A stretch of 64,000 nucleotides of DNA from Lama glama (Eukaryota), in contig CM052817.1 of assembly GCA_028534125.1 (NCBI GenBank), positions 34,226,001 to 34,290,000 on the forward strand, in the 5' to 3' direction. A program made the position numbers and the translations under genes. The notes under the pieces are model-generated. The model worked only from the letters and a program-made list of their open reading frames with translations. It made no database searches and was not told where the DNA came from. Below are positions 1 through 12,165 of this stretch, in pieces (position 1 is the stretch's first letter; every line of letters begins with the position of its first letter).

Positions 1-270
1 TCTCTTTCATTATAGGTTACTACAGGATATTGAAAATAGTTCCCTGTGCTACACAGAATAGACTTCTTGTTTATGAGTTTTATATATAGTCGTTAATATT
101 TGCAAATCTCAAAATCCCAGTTTATCCCGTCCCATCCCCTTCCCCACCCCCCACCCTGGTAACCATAAGTTTGTTTACTATGTCTGTGAGTCTGTTTCTG
201 TTCTGCAAATTAGTTCATTGGTGTCTTCTTTTTTACTTTTTCAAGATTCTACATATGAGTGATATCATAT
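1..270 (-). mobile_element. LINE-1 3' end fragment
   Basis: Antisense L1 3' UTR motifs (gttccctgtgct, ggtaaccataagtttgtt, tctgtgagtctgtttctg, gattctacatatgagtgatatcat), shared with other copies in the window. Confidence 0.85.
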
Positions 271-399
271 TAAATACCATACATTTTAAAAGTCAAACTT
301 CTAATGCAAAAAAAAAATCCATGATGAACAAAATATCAAAAACACTGACCCTGGGCATGAAAATATGTTAGGTAGAGATATGAAGGACAGATATTTGAC

Positions 400-841
400 C
401 AGCAGTCTTTGCTGTTCCGCACATTTTTAAGACTGCCCTTTGTTTTCAGCAACTGGTTTCAGAGCTGGGCTGCCATCTGCTTTAGCTTCCTCACTGTCTG
501 TCATCTGGAAATTGTTCTCAACTTGCTGTTTGCTTGAACTCTTGCTTTCTCTTCCTTGCAGGTACATAGCTGGCTGACCAGTCTTTCGTTCTTCAAGTTC
601 CTCCATTGTCCTGCAAGGGGCGCTCCGGTTCTTTGAAAAATGTCCTCTTTTAGCTCAAGATTTGGTCTTCTTTAACCTTGGTTTCTTGGTATTTGACGTC
701 TGCGTCAAAGGTTGGCTTTTTCTAAGGCTCTCACGGTGATGCAATGATGTCAAAAGAAGCACCTGCTTTATGGGACACTCTCAGGTGGGTTTTCACATGG
801 ACTTGCATCCACTCGTCCAGCCAGGTGACCAGCCCAGGCAT
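400..841 (-). pseudogene. Highly degraded stathmin-family-like sequence
   Basis: Across frameshifts and stops the minus strand gives, in order, AGASFDIIASP (cf. SGQAFELILSP), ENNFQM (ENNNFSKM), KL.QMAAQL (QMAAKL) and NVRNSKD (EVRKNKE), with roughly stathmin-like spacing and no introns. Confidence 0.5.
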
Positions 842-1447
842 ACAACCTTTGGATTTCATGGAAACACAAAGGCAACCAATGTGTAAGTATGAAGCAAGTT
901 TAGAAGTTTAGCACGTGTCCCTGACAGAATTTTCTCAAATTCTCCCCTCCTGTGCAAGCAGAGAGCATTCATTGATCTATTGTTACCACGATCATCAGAT
1001 CCCTGTTTCTACCCAAAGCTACTCTTTATTGCTTACTTACTATGCTTAGTTGCTATGCATACATTATCTCATCCAACTCTTACAACCTCCCTTTGGGTTA
1101 GGAATTATTAGTCCCTTTATGGATGAGGAGACACAGTCTTAACAGCTAGCAATAATAGGTTCATTCATTTATGCATTTGACAAATATTTACAAAGTTCTT
1201 ACAATGACTGAGGCTCTGTGTTAGTATCTTTGAGGCTAAGATATACTGCAACTAAACAGAAAGGGATTCATAAAAGGCTATATTGAGCAGCTCACAGGCT
1301 CTTGGGGAGATGTGGTTATGCCAACAGGGACAAAGCCTCAAGTCACTTCCCAGACTCAGTCTAGTGAGGAAGTCATCACCACTGACTCCACTGTCAGAGG
1401 CACTAGAAGGTGCCGCCAACACCGCCAGCACAGCCTGACTGCAGCCT

Positions 1448-1461
1448 CCACCAGAGGGCGC
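1448..1461 (+). promoter_or_regulatory. Candidate CTCF site
   Basis: CCACCAGAGGGCGC is a near-perfect CTCF core consensus. Confidence 0.6.
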
Positions 1462-3669
1462 ATTTGATGTCCTGGCTGCTCTGCATCATTAGCTGTCCAT
1501 TTGGGGCATCTGTTTGGAAGAACACAAGTCACATGTCCAAACCCCAGTTACAAAGAAGGCTGGGAATGTGAACGCCTGGGGATTTCTACAGTAAGTGTGG
1601 GGAGGGTGGGTCTTTAACAAAGACTCAATTCCCAAAATATGGAAAGGGTCTTTAGATGCTGGTACAGCCAAAATAATGACAAATGAAAATAAATAAAACG
1701 GAAACAAACAAAAAAAAGAAATGTAGCTAGTTTGCACTAGATTTTGAAAACTTAATATTAAAAAAAGGAAAAGATATGCAAAATATTTAGTTGATCATTT
1801 TTCTGCATTGTTTATTTTTCAGCTTCTTTGAGGCATAATTGACAGATAAATTTGTAATATATTTAAAGTGTTAAAAAAAATGGTGAGTGGATCAAATAGG
1901 AAGGACAATTCAAAGAATGAGGCACTCAGGCAAAAAGGTCCCAGGCATGTTGGCAATGAGGAGTCCTCATGTTGCACTGAGTGGAGGAGTAGAACGGAGG
2001 TTTACACCAGAGATGCAGACGTGAGATGATAAATCCTGGCCAGGGAGTATGGCCATGGTGAAGGGAGAGAAAAAATAAACTCAGGAGTAACTATGAAAGA
2101 AGCATCAACTGAGCTTATTCTTTTAGCACTTGTCCTGGTTATAATTCCTTATTTGAGTCTATGATTTTGTGGGTACCATGTCTCCTCTATCAGACAGGAG
2201 CCTGATGAGGCTGGGACCATGTCAGCTACTCCTCCCCATCGTATTCCCAGTGTCTTGCCTGGTGCTGGCTGCATAGAAGGAGCTCAGGAGATATTTGTTG
2301 AGGGGAAGACAGGTTACCTGATAAACAGACCGATATGTAATTCGATAGGGCACAGCAGATGGAGATAACAAAGATGATTCTGAGGTTTTGGTCATATGGA
2401 AGTCTCATAGACATATTGAATTTGCGGTCCAAAGGGATATCTTTGGGGAACTTTTTCGGCTGGTTTTTGGAGATGAGGAGAAAATGACTTGTTGCTTAAC
2501 AGGATTAGGCAGCTAAGTCTGTTCTGTATGAAGGTGCGATGGCCAACACATCTCAAGCATGCACTGCAATGATGACATTCCACGAGCAGCATAGACTGGC
2601 TTTGGGGGCAAAGTGATATTTGAGTACCATCTCTTGTTCCACACCATCTGTGCCACTGTCCTACGTTCCCCTGATTGGTGTAGGTAGTCAGGACAGGACC
2701 GGATGATCTAACTGGAGGGGCGTATCTCCTCCGACGAGCTTTGTCCAGTTGCCTGTCCTCCCTCACATGGGCGTGAAACAGAGTAAGAGTGGACATCCAA
2801 TCCAGGTTGGGAGAAGAGAAAGAATGCACGTCAAAGATGTGGCCCCAAGTCCCACCAGGCTATGTGTGAGAGTGTTCCTCCATCTTATGCCATAATTCAC
2901 ACCGAGCTGATTAATTTTTCACAGTGAGGCTCTTAGGGTGTACTTCAGTCTTGCTCTCCTGGGGGCAAATGACCCAAGTAGAGTTTGGTGGCTAATATGA
3001 GGGCAGGATTTAAGGAATTACACAAATGCTGGAGGGTTTCCACTGAGCTCCCTTGGTAACAGCAGTGAGGTGATAGGGAACATTTTATAAATTAAGCTGC
3101 TTTAGCCAGAAAAGGAAGCAGAACTTCTGCTTCCTTACAGTTAACTGTTTCTCTCCCAATAATAAGAAAAGTGAATGATGGATGTCCATTGTGTCTCCCC
3201 TGAGTTTGGTTAGAAATAATAAGTGAATCTGGGTTGCAGGACTCTCAGAAGAATCTAAATTATCCAAGCTAGCAAAAAGGGGACATGTTTGAAGAACGGA
3301 AAACCAGGTAGTGGACATTTGTGGCTTTGAGCCTTCCAGCAGCCTTTATTTGGGTACCACAACCCACACCTCCTCTGGGGCCATCCCCCAACCCCAATCT
3401 CAGTCGGGGTTCCATGGTGGGCACGTGGCCTGCAGAGAGCACCACACCCTTGCCCAGAGAGGTCAGTTTAGGGATGGATACATTTCTTACCAAGTCAGTC
3501 AGAGAAAGTCCTGGGGTCTGTAGCTGTTGTCATTGCAGAGGAGTTGCAGAAAGGTATGGACCTAGCCTTATAACACAATTGTATCAAAAAAGTATTGGAA
3601 ACTTCTTTGGAAAATGAACTTGCTCAACAGCTCTTTGTTCGCACTTTATAACAACCCTAAACACAAATA

Positions 3670-4015
3670 TTATGGACTGAATATTTGCACCCCCCAAAAT
3701 TCATATGTCAAAACCCTAACCCTCAGTGTGATGCTTTTGGGGGGGGCACTTTGGGAGGTGAGCAGGTCACAAGGAGGGAGCCCTCGCGAGTGGGTTGGCG
3801 CCCTTATAGAGGAGCTGGAAGAGTTTACGCTCACTTTGCTTTCCGCCACATGAGCCTATGAAAAGAAGACGGCCATCTGCAAACCAGGAAGGCTCTCACC
3901 AGACAGTGGATTGTTTGGTGCCTTGATTTTGGACTTCTCAGCCTCCAGGTTGTGAGAGATAAATGTCTCTTGTTTAAGCCACCCAGTCTATGGTGTTCCG
4001 TCATAGCTGACTACA
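3670..4015 (+). mobile_element. ERVL-MaLR solo LTR (MLT1/MST-like)
   Basis: tatggactgaat...ccccaaaattcatatgt..aaccctaac...ggacttctcagcctccag...ataaatgtctcttgtttaagccacccagtctatggt. Confidence 0.85.
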
Positions 4016-7000
4016 ATAGCAGGCTACTTTGTATGAGAATTATTTGGGTGTTTCTGTGTCCCTCTCAACTGGGCTATGGATCCAGGGGACAAAGACTATA
4101 TCTTTTTTAAAATCTTATATTCCCAGAGCACTTAGCACAGTGATTCACACATGAAATCTTTAGATACATTTATAGAAATGAATCAACCTCAGTCGTGCCC
4201 AGGTATGGGCGATGGATGTCCAAAAATGGATGGATATGATGGAAAACAGCTCTTCAGAGAGATTTTTCAAACTACCCAAGATTTCACTTCATGGACACAT
4301 GCTGAAATAGATAACTTTATGAAAGTGTTACTTCATTTGCTGAAGCCTTGCATGAGACAACTCCTTCAGAACTAAGAGCAAAATGCTTTGCTTCCTGAAG
4401 AAAGTATTTTTTCCCTTGTGGATAATAACATCTGTGTAAATGACCATATTTCTTTCTTTGCTTTGGCCATCAGGAAGCTCTGAGGAAAATTTCATGCTCG
4501 ATTATTGTATCTTGATAAGATTTTTTTTTGGTTTTCTCATCTTCATTCTGCACTTATTCTAATTTACATTTCTCTGACCCTGCTATTCAATTTTAAGCTC
4601 ATATTTTATTATATTTATTATTTGTTCAACAAGGTATAGGATACTAATAAGCCAATTCTGGCTCAAATAATTTTTGTCAAAGCTCATGGATGCCTGAGAC
4701 AACAGTCCTAAGTGTCTAGAACAAAGGGATATTTGCTTGACTCTTGCAAAGTGGAATGCACTGTTTTCCTAAAACATAACTCCTGCACAGGAGATGGTAC
4801 TGATGGTGAGAGTTCTTTTCTGGGCTTCTGCCCTGAACTGCAATGAATTCCTTAACCTTGACAGGTTCTCTTTTCTAATATGGGGTTAGCATTGCTCATT
4901 GCACAACTCCATTTGAGTTCATGGGTTAATGTTTGAAATCATTCTGAATATGAAAAACTCAGGGTTGTTTCTGTCTTAGTTGCCTGTTAAGCCTCATCTT
5001 TGTAAAAGATGCCTTTCTGTTCTATGAAACCATTTCCCTTAAGAGTCTGCCAAAATCATCAGAAAAGTCAGTAGAGGCAGCAACAGGCAAAAAGGAACCC
5101 ACATTGGACATCTGAATATGACTCAGGGACACCAAACAAGGGACATAGAAAGAGATGGGGGGCAAGAATCTAGGACTTGTACAGGGGCACGGGACCAGCG
5201 AGACTTCCAGGAGAAATTACGGAAACATCTGCAAGGTCAGGGCAGGAAGTCCAGGGCCGCTTCTCAGAGAGGGAAGCGCCTTCTTTGGGATTGCTGCAGC
5301 AGAGCTGAAGTGCCGTAACCAGGGCCCGGGGGCCGAGGGAAGACCGGGGGGCAAACAGCAAGAACAACCAACTACAGTTCGTCAACTCATCAACCCAAGT
5401 CCTTCAGCCACACAGAAGGGAGGATGGTCTCGGGGACTTGGGACCCAGTGAACGGCATTTGCCAGGCCCAGGTGTAGCTCAACAGTAGTTGCAGTAATTA
5501 ATAAAGAATCTGTGTTCAGAAAAAGCTCTTGACTGCTTTTGTTTCTGTTCCCCCCAGGCTTTGCCAATCCGGGCACCACAAAGGGCTAATGAAAGGATAA
5601 AGCAAACACGGCTGATAATCAAACATTTGTGAAATTTTGCCATTACGGTGTTTGGAAAACACAAAGTCTGCAAGACCTCAGCTGAATAGCAACAGATAAC
5701 TGGCCAGAAAAATACATCCAGGAGGGGCCTGGACTGCTTTGGGTATGAAAGGAATGTCTCCCTGTAGCTCCATGGGGGTGTGGTGAGGTAGGACCGGGGT
5801 TGGGGCTGGACTATTGGGGACTCACTTCAAATACTGCCTGTTTGGCAAAAGACCTCCTACTTCGCTGAGATGGCTCCCCCAGCACACATCCAACCCTTCT
5901 CTGCTTGCAGTCCACCCTTTCACACCATTCCCCTGAAGAGAGCTCACTTTCAGCCCGAACATTTAGAATCTCCCCCTCTGTGACCCTCGCACTTTACATC
6001 AGTCCAGCATTGTTCAGCCTGACAGATGACCCAACCTCCCGGTTTTCTTTAAATAACAGGAGCACATTTGCTCTCTGGAAATACCAGGCTGCATCCAAAT
6101 TTAAAAAAGAAAAATAGGAGAGGAAAGCATTCAAACAAGTCTCTTGGAATGGGGCTCCCGTGGTAACATACCGAATAAAGGAAAACAGGAAAGCAATTGC
6201 AATATTAAAAATAGATGACTTCCTGCATGTAAATTCTTTGCTGACCTTGTTGATTGGAGTGTGGTCAGTGTTTGCTGGCCTGCCACCTCCTGACTTCATG
6301 AGAGTTCGTACCAACAGACAGTTCTCAGGGCTCAGGGATCCGCCCCTCCACCCGCCCCCATTGTAAAAGCATTTGTTTCTACAAAAAGCATCGGCCTGTG
6401 GGCATCAAGCCTTTTCTCCTTGATGCTTAATGCGTATCAGAGATCGATTCCTTATCCTTTGTTTCATTCTTCTGTGTCTAAGGAGAATTGGGTAGATATG
6501 AGAATAACTCGGAGGGCCCTGGAGTGGGGACAGTAACTGTGCATAATACAGGCACCTTGTTGAAGTCAGTGACCTCTGCCAACGTAGCCTGAAAGTCATA
6601 ATGGAGAAAGTAATGCATTATCCTGCTAAGAGGGCATCCAACCCCCCAGTGAACACCCACCGAACACCTATGCACTTAGGCCACGCCAGGCCCTCGGTGA
6701 GCTTATAATCTACTTGGATAAAACAGACAGTAAACAATAAGTAAATTACATAGTGTATTATCAGATAGATGCATAGAAGAGAGGAAAAGGAAAATAGGGT
6801 AAGGAGGCTGGGGCAAGTGGGTGATATTAAACAAGATAGAGTGGCCCTTAGTAAGAAGGTAATGTATAAGCGAAGATACCTGTGAGGCAGGTATCTCAAG
6901 AAAGAGTGCAGGCTGATGTGCAGCACAAGCAAAAGTCCTGAGGCAGGACCATCATGCTTCCTGAACAGTGAGACTTGGCTTCACTCTCTTCCACTGCCTG

Positions 7001-7155
7001 GGAGGCCCCGGACAAGACAGTTACTCTCCGTGGGCAGTGGAGGGAATGGCTTTGAAGCAGCAGGAGCAATGATAAAAATGATTTCAACAGAGGCAGTTCT
7101 TTGGAACTGGAGTGTGTGGGGGTGAAAAGGCAAGGTCACACATTAGGAAAAGGAG

Positions 7156-7535
7156 AAATATACCATATGATACCCCTTACATGTGGAATTGGAAAAAAAA
7201 TAGACACAAATGAACTTATTTACAAAACAGAAACAGACTCACAGATATAGAAAACAAACTTACCGTTACCAGGGGAGAAAAGGGATGGGAAGGGATAAAT
7301 TGGGAGTTCGAGATTTACAGATACTAACAACTATATACAAAATAGATAAACAACAAGGTCCTACTGTATAGCACAGGAAACTATATTCATACCTTGTAAT
7401 AGCCTATACTGAAAAAGAATATGAAGAGGAACATATGTATGTATATGTAAGACTGAAACATTATGCTGTACAGCAGAAATTGACTATACTTCTATAAAAA
7501 AAAGAAAAAGAAAATGAAAAAGAAAAAGAAAAAGA
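7156..7535 (+). mobile_element. LINE-1 3' end with A-rich tail
   Basis: acaaaacagaaacagactcacag...ctactgtatagcacagg...tatgctgtaca plus an (A/GAAAAA)n tail; gaaaaggag on both flanks. Confidence 0.88.
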
Positions 7536-10249
7536 AAAGGAGCATGTTCCAAGATACCACTCCCTGAGTGGAGAATCAGGGCTGGAATCTCAAGGGCACA
7601 CCCAAAACAAGTCAGCAGGAGACAAGGAGGGTTGTTGTGTTTTGATTCCCCAGCAGTTATGAGTGTGGCCTGGTTCCTTCTGAAGCACTTGTGGAATTTG
7701 GCTGTGGATCACAGAATTCTAGGATTGTTCCTTCCCGGCCGTGCTTGTCCCTCTAATCCCCTTCCTCACATTGCCTTGGTCACTGGAGTTCTCTTAACCA
7801 TTTTCTGGTCGGGGCCACTCTTAAAATTAGATCTCACCAAGGGATGGATCAGTACCTCTCAGGACTTCCCCCTCCTCTCTCCACCAAGTCAGGCTGCTTA
7901 CTGTAGTCAGAGGTCCTGGGGGGAATTCACACTCCCGGGTAAAGAGGCGTGGGTCTGACCAGGGCTGGAAACTCAGGTATTTATCAAAAAACATTTGATT
8001 TTCTCCCATAGCCATTAGGGTTCTAGGGTGAGAGAGAGAGATGGAGCATGTGTGTTTAAAACCCTCCCAGTTTCCTACTGTTTTGGGGGAAAAGTCAATG
8101 CACCTTAACAGCCTTCATGCACCTATAGTCTATCTTTCCAAATCTTCCTTCTTGCTAAATGAACACCTGGGCATTTCTCTGAGGGGTCCTGCTTTCTATT
8201 GCCTCCAGGTGTGCGTACCTGTCATCCTGGAATACTCTTCTGGCCCCCTCTTCCCCTGGCTAAACCTTGCTCATCCTTCAAGTCCCAGCTTATCAGTCCC
8301 TCCTCCAGGAGAAATTTCTGAACCCCCTAATTAGGTGGGGCCACTGTCCTTCCCGAACTTAGCACGGCACTGACCCATAGTAAGTGCTCAATAAATACTG
8401 ATGCTTTCTAAATTCGGTTATGAATGAATGAATGAATGAATGAGCAAATGAGCAGAAAGAGAAGCTCGAATCAATGTGTATCTTTTTTTAAACTGAAGAC
8501 CAGGTGGACAAAAGCCCCTACCACAAAGGAAGGAGAGGAGAATAAAAGAAAATAAATTCTTTAAGGTCTGAAGTGCTTTTGCTTAAGGCAATTTTCAGGC
8601 CAGGTCAACCAGGTCAATCACCAGGAAAAGCAGTGGGGATTCGTTCTAGGACATTCATCTTCTGGCTTAGTGTGGAAAGAAACATTGTTAGCCCTGTTAG
8701 CTGAGACAGAATGAATCAAAGCCCCCCAGGCAGAGAGGGTAACAGAAGGGCACAGCCGGGAACCCTGAGCCCATCCAGTCTGGGGGGCATAAAGAAACGA
8801 AATTACAAGAACATACTTTTAACTTCTTGCTCTCTCTTGATCCAGTGTGGATGACCTTGGGCAAGTCATCTAACTTTTTGAATTACACTCTCATTGCCCA
8901 AAAAATAAATAAATAAATAAACTTGGGGACGTCGGGAGAAAAAAGGGTATTAGCCAAGTTGATGTATGACCAGAGGTCCCACACAATAGTGGTATTATTA
9001 ATGATCACCAATGCTATCCCCAGCTGTTCCCCAGTACAATTTTATTAGTCCCACTGCTGTTTCCTGATTCGTTTCCATTCAGGAAGCTTTGAAATAATGG
9101 TTAGCAGAGGGGCACGTTGCAAAAATAAAAATTTCTCACTCTTTTAACTTTTCCATCCACTTTAATCCCACTGCCCATCCTTCCTCTCTCCCCAACTTCA
9201 GCTGGAGTCCTGCCATTCCTGTGATCAATCATGCTCTGGGGAGAACCTTATCCGTGGGGGTTGGGGGTGCGGGCGGGGGGAATTCTGGCCCAGCATGACT
9301 GCTGAGTGTGATGTCCTTTTGTGGTGCCCTCGAAAACAGCAGTGAGGAAACAGGCCGTCATTTATCATGCGGCTTTGTAATAGGTGCTGATAATGCAAAA
9401 CAGCCAGGCCGTCCTCCAGGTCGCTCCAACGAAGGACCGAGTCAGCTGTGGGGGGCCAAGTCGGAAAGGGAGGTTCCCGGTGTGACTTGCCCGTCTGCCA
9501 CGGATCTCTCTCCAGTCACAACTTCCCACTTGCTGATGGAGCCTGCCATTTGCCCGCTGGAGGGCTCGCGGCCTTCTGCCTCAGGGACACTGCCAGTCTG
9601 GGGCCTCGTGGGGAAGCTGAAAACTTCCCCTATTCCAGCCACTCACCGCGCGGTCCTCCGCAAGCCAGGCACACTATTGGTGCAGGTGCTGCGGGGCGGA
9701 GCTTTTGGGGTGATGGTGGCTGTGACCCTTGAACCAAGTGCTGCGGCAGAGGAAAGGCAGCACTCTGGTTGGCCAAGCCTAGGTCACCTGCTCACTCTTG
9801 GCTGGGGGTGAAGGAACCTCAGCTCTGCCCACACCGCAGCGAAGCACATTTCCAGAGTGAAGAAAGGGGAACTGCGATAGTCACCAGAGCAACCACTGGA
9901 GTACTGTCTCTGCTTCTCTGAATTCCCTCCACCCCCCATCCCAGCACCACGCCTTTGCCCAAAGGCGGCTTCAATCAGTATGAGTTTACTGGCAGCAACA
10001 ACAGCAATAAAACCTTACTTGAATCCGCAAATGAACCCATGATAGAGGCCATGCAAAGGCAGAACTCTATGGAAGCACTGTTTCTAAAAGGGACATTTTC
10101 TCCACCAGGTACTCACCTAAGAAGATGCCAAGCCAAGAGAATGACATTGCTAAAACAAAGCAGGCGGGGCAGCCTCTCAGCCCACTCAGCGCGCTCTCTG
10201 CTTTTGATCTTTGCGGCTCTTCCCAGTGTCACAAGGGCTCCACGTTGCT

Positions 10250-11757
10250 GAGTCCAGCGCTCATCTCTCTGCCCTCATCTGACTTGTTCTATCAGAAGCG
10301 TCGATCCAGTTGATGAGATTCTTCTCCTTGAAACCCTTTCCTTCTCTTTTGGAACATCACATTTCGTTTTCCTCCCACCTTACTGGCCTTCCTTCTCGGA
10401 TTCTTTTGCTGGTTCTCCTCAGCCTCCCCTTCTGAATGTTCAGTGCCCAGGGATCCGTACGTGGGTCTTTTCTGTGGATGCTCACACCCTAGGTGAGCTC
10501 ATCCCATTTATGTCTTTAATACCATCCATGTGCTGTGACTTCCACGTGTATGTGTCCAGCCTAAACCCCTTCCCCGAGCCCCAGATCTTACATCTATTTT
10601 CCAGCTGATATTTCTACTTGAATGTTGAAAAGAACTCTCCAACCTATCCCATCTAAAATTGAGCCCCTGATAGCTCTCCATCTCCTACTACCAAAAAGAA
10701 TAATCCAAATGTCTTTCCTCCAATTATCTAGTCTTTTGGGCAAATCCATCATGCTTTTCCTGACTCCTCTTTCTGTTGCACTTCACATCTTGTCTATCAG
10801 AAAATTCTATAGGCTCTAACCTTACAAATATATTCAAAACTGAATCTTCACTCCACTGCTACTACCTGACACTTAAGACATCTTTTTTTCCATTGAAGTA
10901 TAGTTGATTTACAATACTGTGTTAGTTTCTGGTGTACACCATAGTGATTCAGTTATATATATATATTTTCATATTCTTTTTCATTGTAGGCTATTACAAG
11001 ATGCTGAATATAGTTCCCTGTGCTGAACAGTAGGGTCTTGTTGTTTATTTATTTTATATATAGTAGTTAGTATATATATACACACACTACAACTTACTTA
11101 TCCAGTCATCTGTTAATAGACACTTAGGTTGCTCTCATATTTTGTCTGTTGTAAATAGTGCTGCTGTGAACATTGGGGTGCATGTGTCTTTTTGAGTTAG
11201 AGTTTTCTCTGGATATGTGCCCAGGAGTGGAATTGCTGGATCATATGGAAACTCTAAGAGGTCTTCTTGTTTATGCCTTTGTCTCCTATCCCATGCTCAT
11301 CTTCATGGCCTAGTCTCAACATGCTAACCACACTGATTCTACTAAAACATTAATCAGATTGTGTCAATCCTCCAAAACCACAGTGGCCTCAGAGTAAAAG
11401 CTAAGTCCTTATTATGACCTAGGTGGGCCCTTGTGATCTACCTCTCACTTGCCTCACCCACTTTACCTCCTGTTAATTACACCCTTACTCCCTCTACTCC
11501 GGCTGCTCCACCTCCTTCCTCAGATATTCTAGGCATGCTTTCACCTCAGGACCTTTGCACTTGCTCTCCCCTCTTTCTGGAGAGCTCTTCCTCCAAATAT
11601 CCACATGGTTCCCTCCTCAACTCCTTTCGGTATTTACTCAGAAGTCACCTTCTTAGACAGGTTTTTCCCTGGAAATCTTGTCCAAAATTCAATACCCTCC
11701 TGTTCTTATCCCCCTCCCATTCTTATTGGTTTCTCCCTTCCTTTTGTCATTATTTAA

Positions 11758-11760
<3 letters not shown>
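10250..11760 (+). mobile_element. Old L2 LINE fragment interrupted by an antisense L1 3' end (10882-11256)
   Basis: Pyrimidine-rich L2-like text (ctccttgaaaccc, aataccatc..tgctg, caggacctttgcacttgct) on both sides of an antisense L1 3' end (ttgaagtatagttgatttacaat...ggaattgctggatcatatgg). Confidence 0.7.

Positions 11761-11761
<1 letters not shown>

Positions 11762-11801
<40 letters not shown>
11762..11801. repeat. (TA)n microsatellite
   Basis: About 20 perfect TA units. Confidence 0.95.
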
Positions 11802-11805
<4 letters not shown>

Positions 11806-11947
11806 TATACTATAGTCAGTAAAGTGATCTTTCTCATAAGGTCTATTGAAGGGGGATTCTTACTAATAATTCTTACAAAGATTCTTACAAGTCTGTGTCA
11901 TTATCCAGAAACTTGGCACACAAATGTGAGCATTCACATAATTCATT

Positions 11948-12165
11948 CTTTTTTAAAAAACTAAGCTATAATTGACATATAACATTAATTAGTTTCAGGT
12001 GTACAACATAATGATTTGGTATTTGTACCCATTGCAAAATGATCAACACTATATAAGTCTAGTTAATGTCAATCACCTTACCTCATTAAACACATTTTTT
12101 TCTTGTGATGAGAACTTTTAGGATCTCCTGTCTTAGCACCTTTCAAATATGCAATATAGTAACAA
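11948..12165 (-). mobile_element. LINE-1 3' end fragment (older subfamily)
   Basis: ataattgacatataacat...tttcaggtgtacaacataatgattt...gtgatgagaactttt is an antisense L1 3' terminus. Confidence 0.75.

Noticed and set aside
2392..2829. 145-aa minus-strand ORF upstream of the stathmin-like fossil
   Set aside because: No family resemblance in any frame and no convincing splice link to 400-841.
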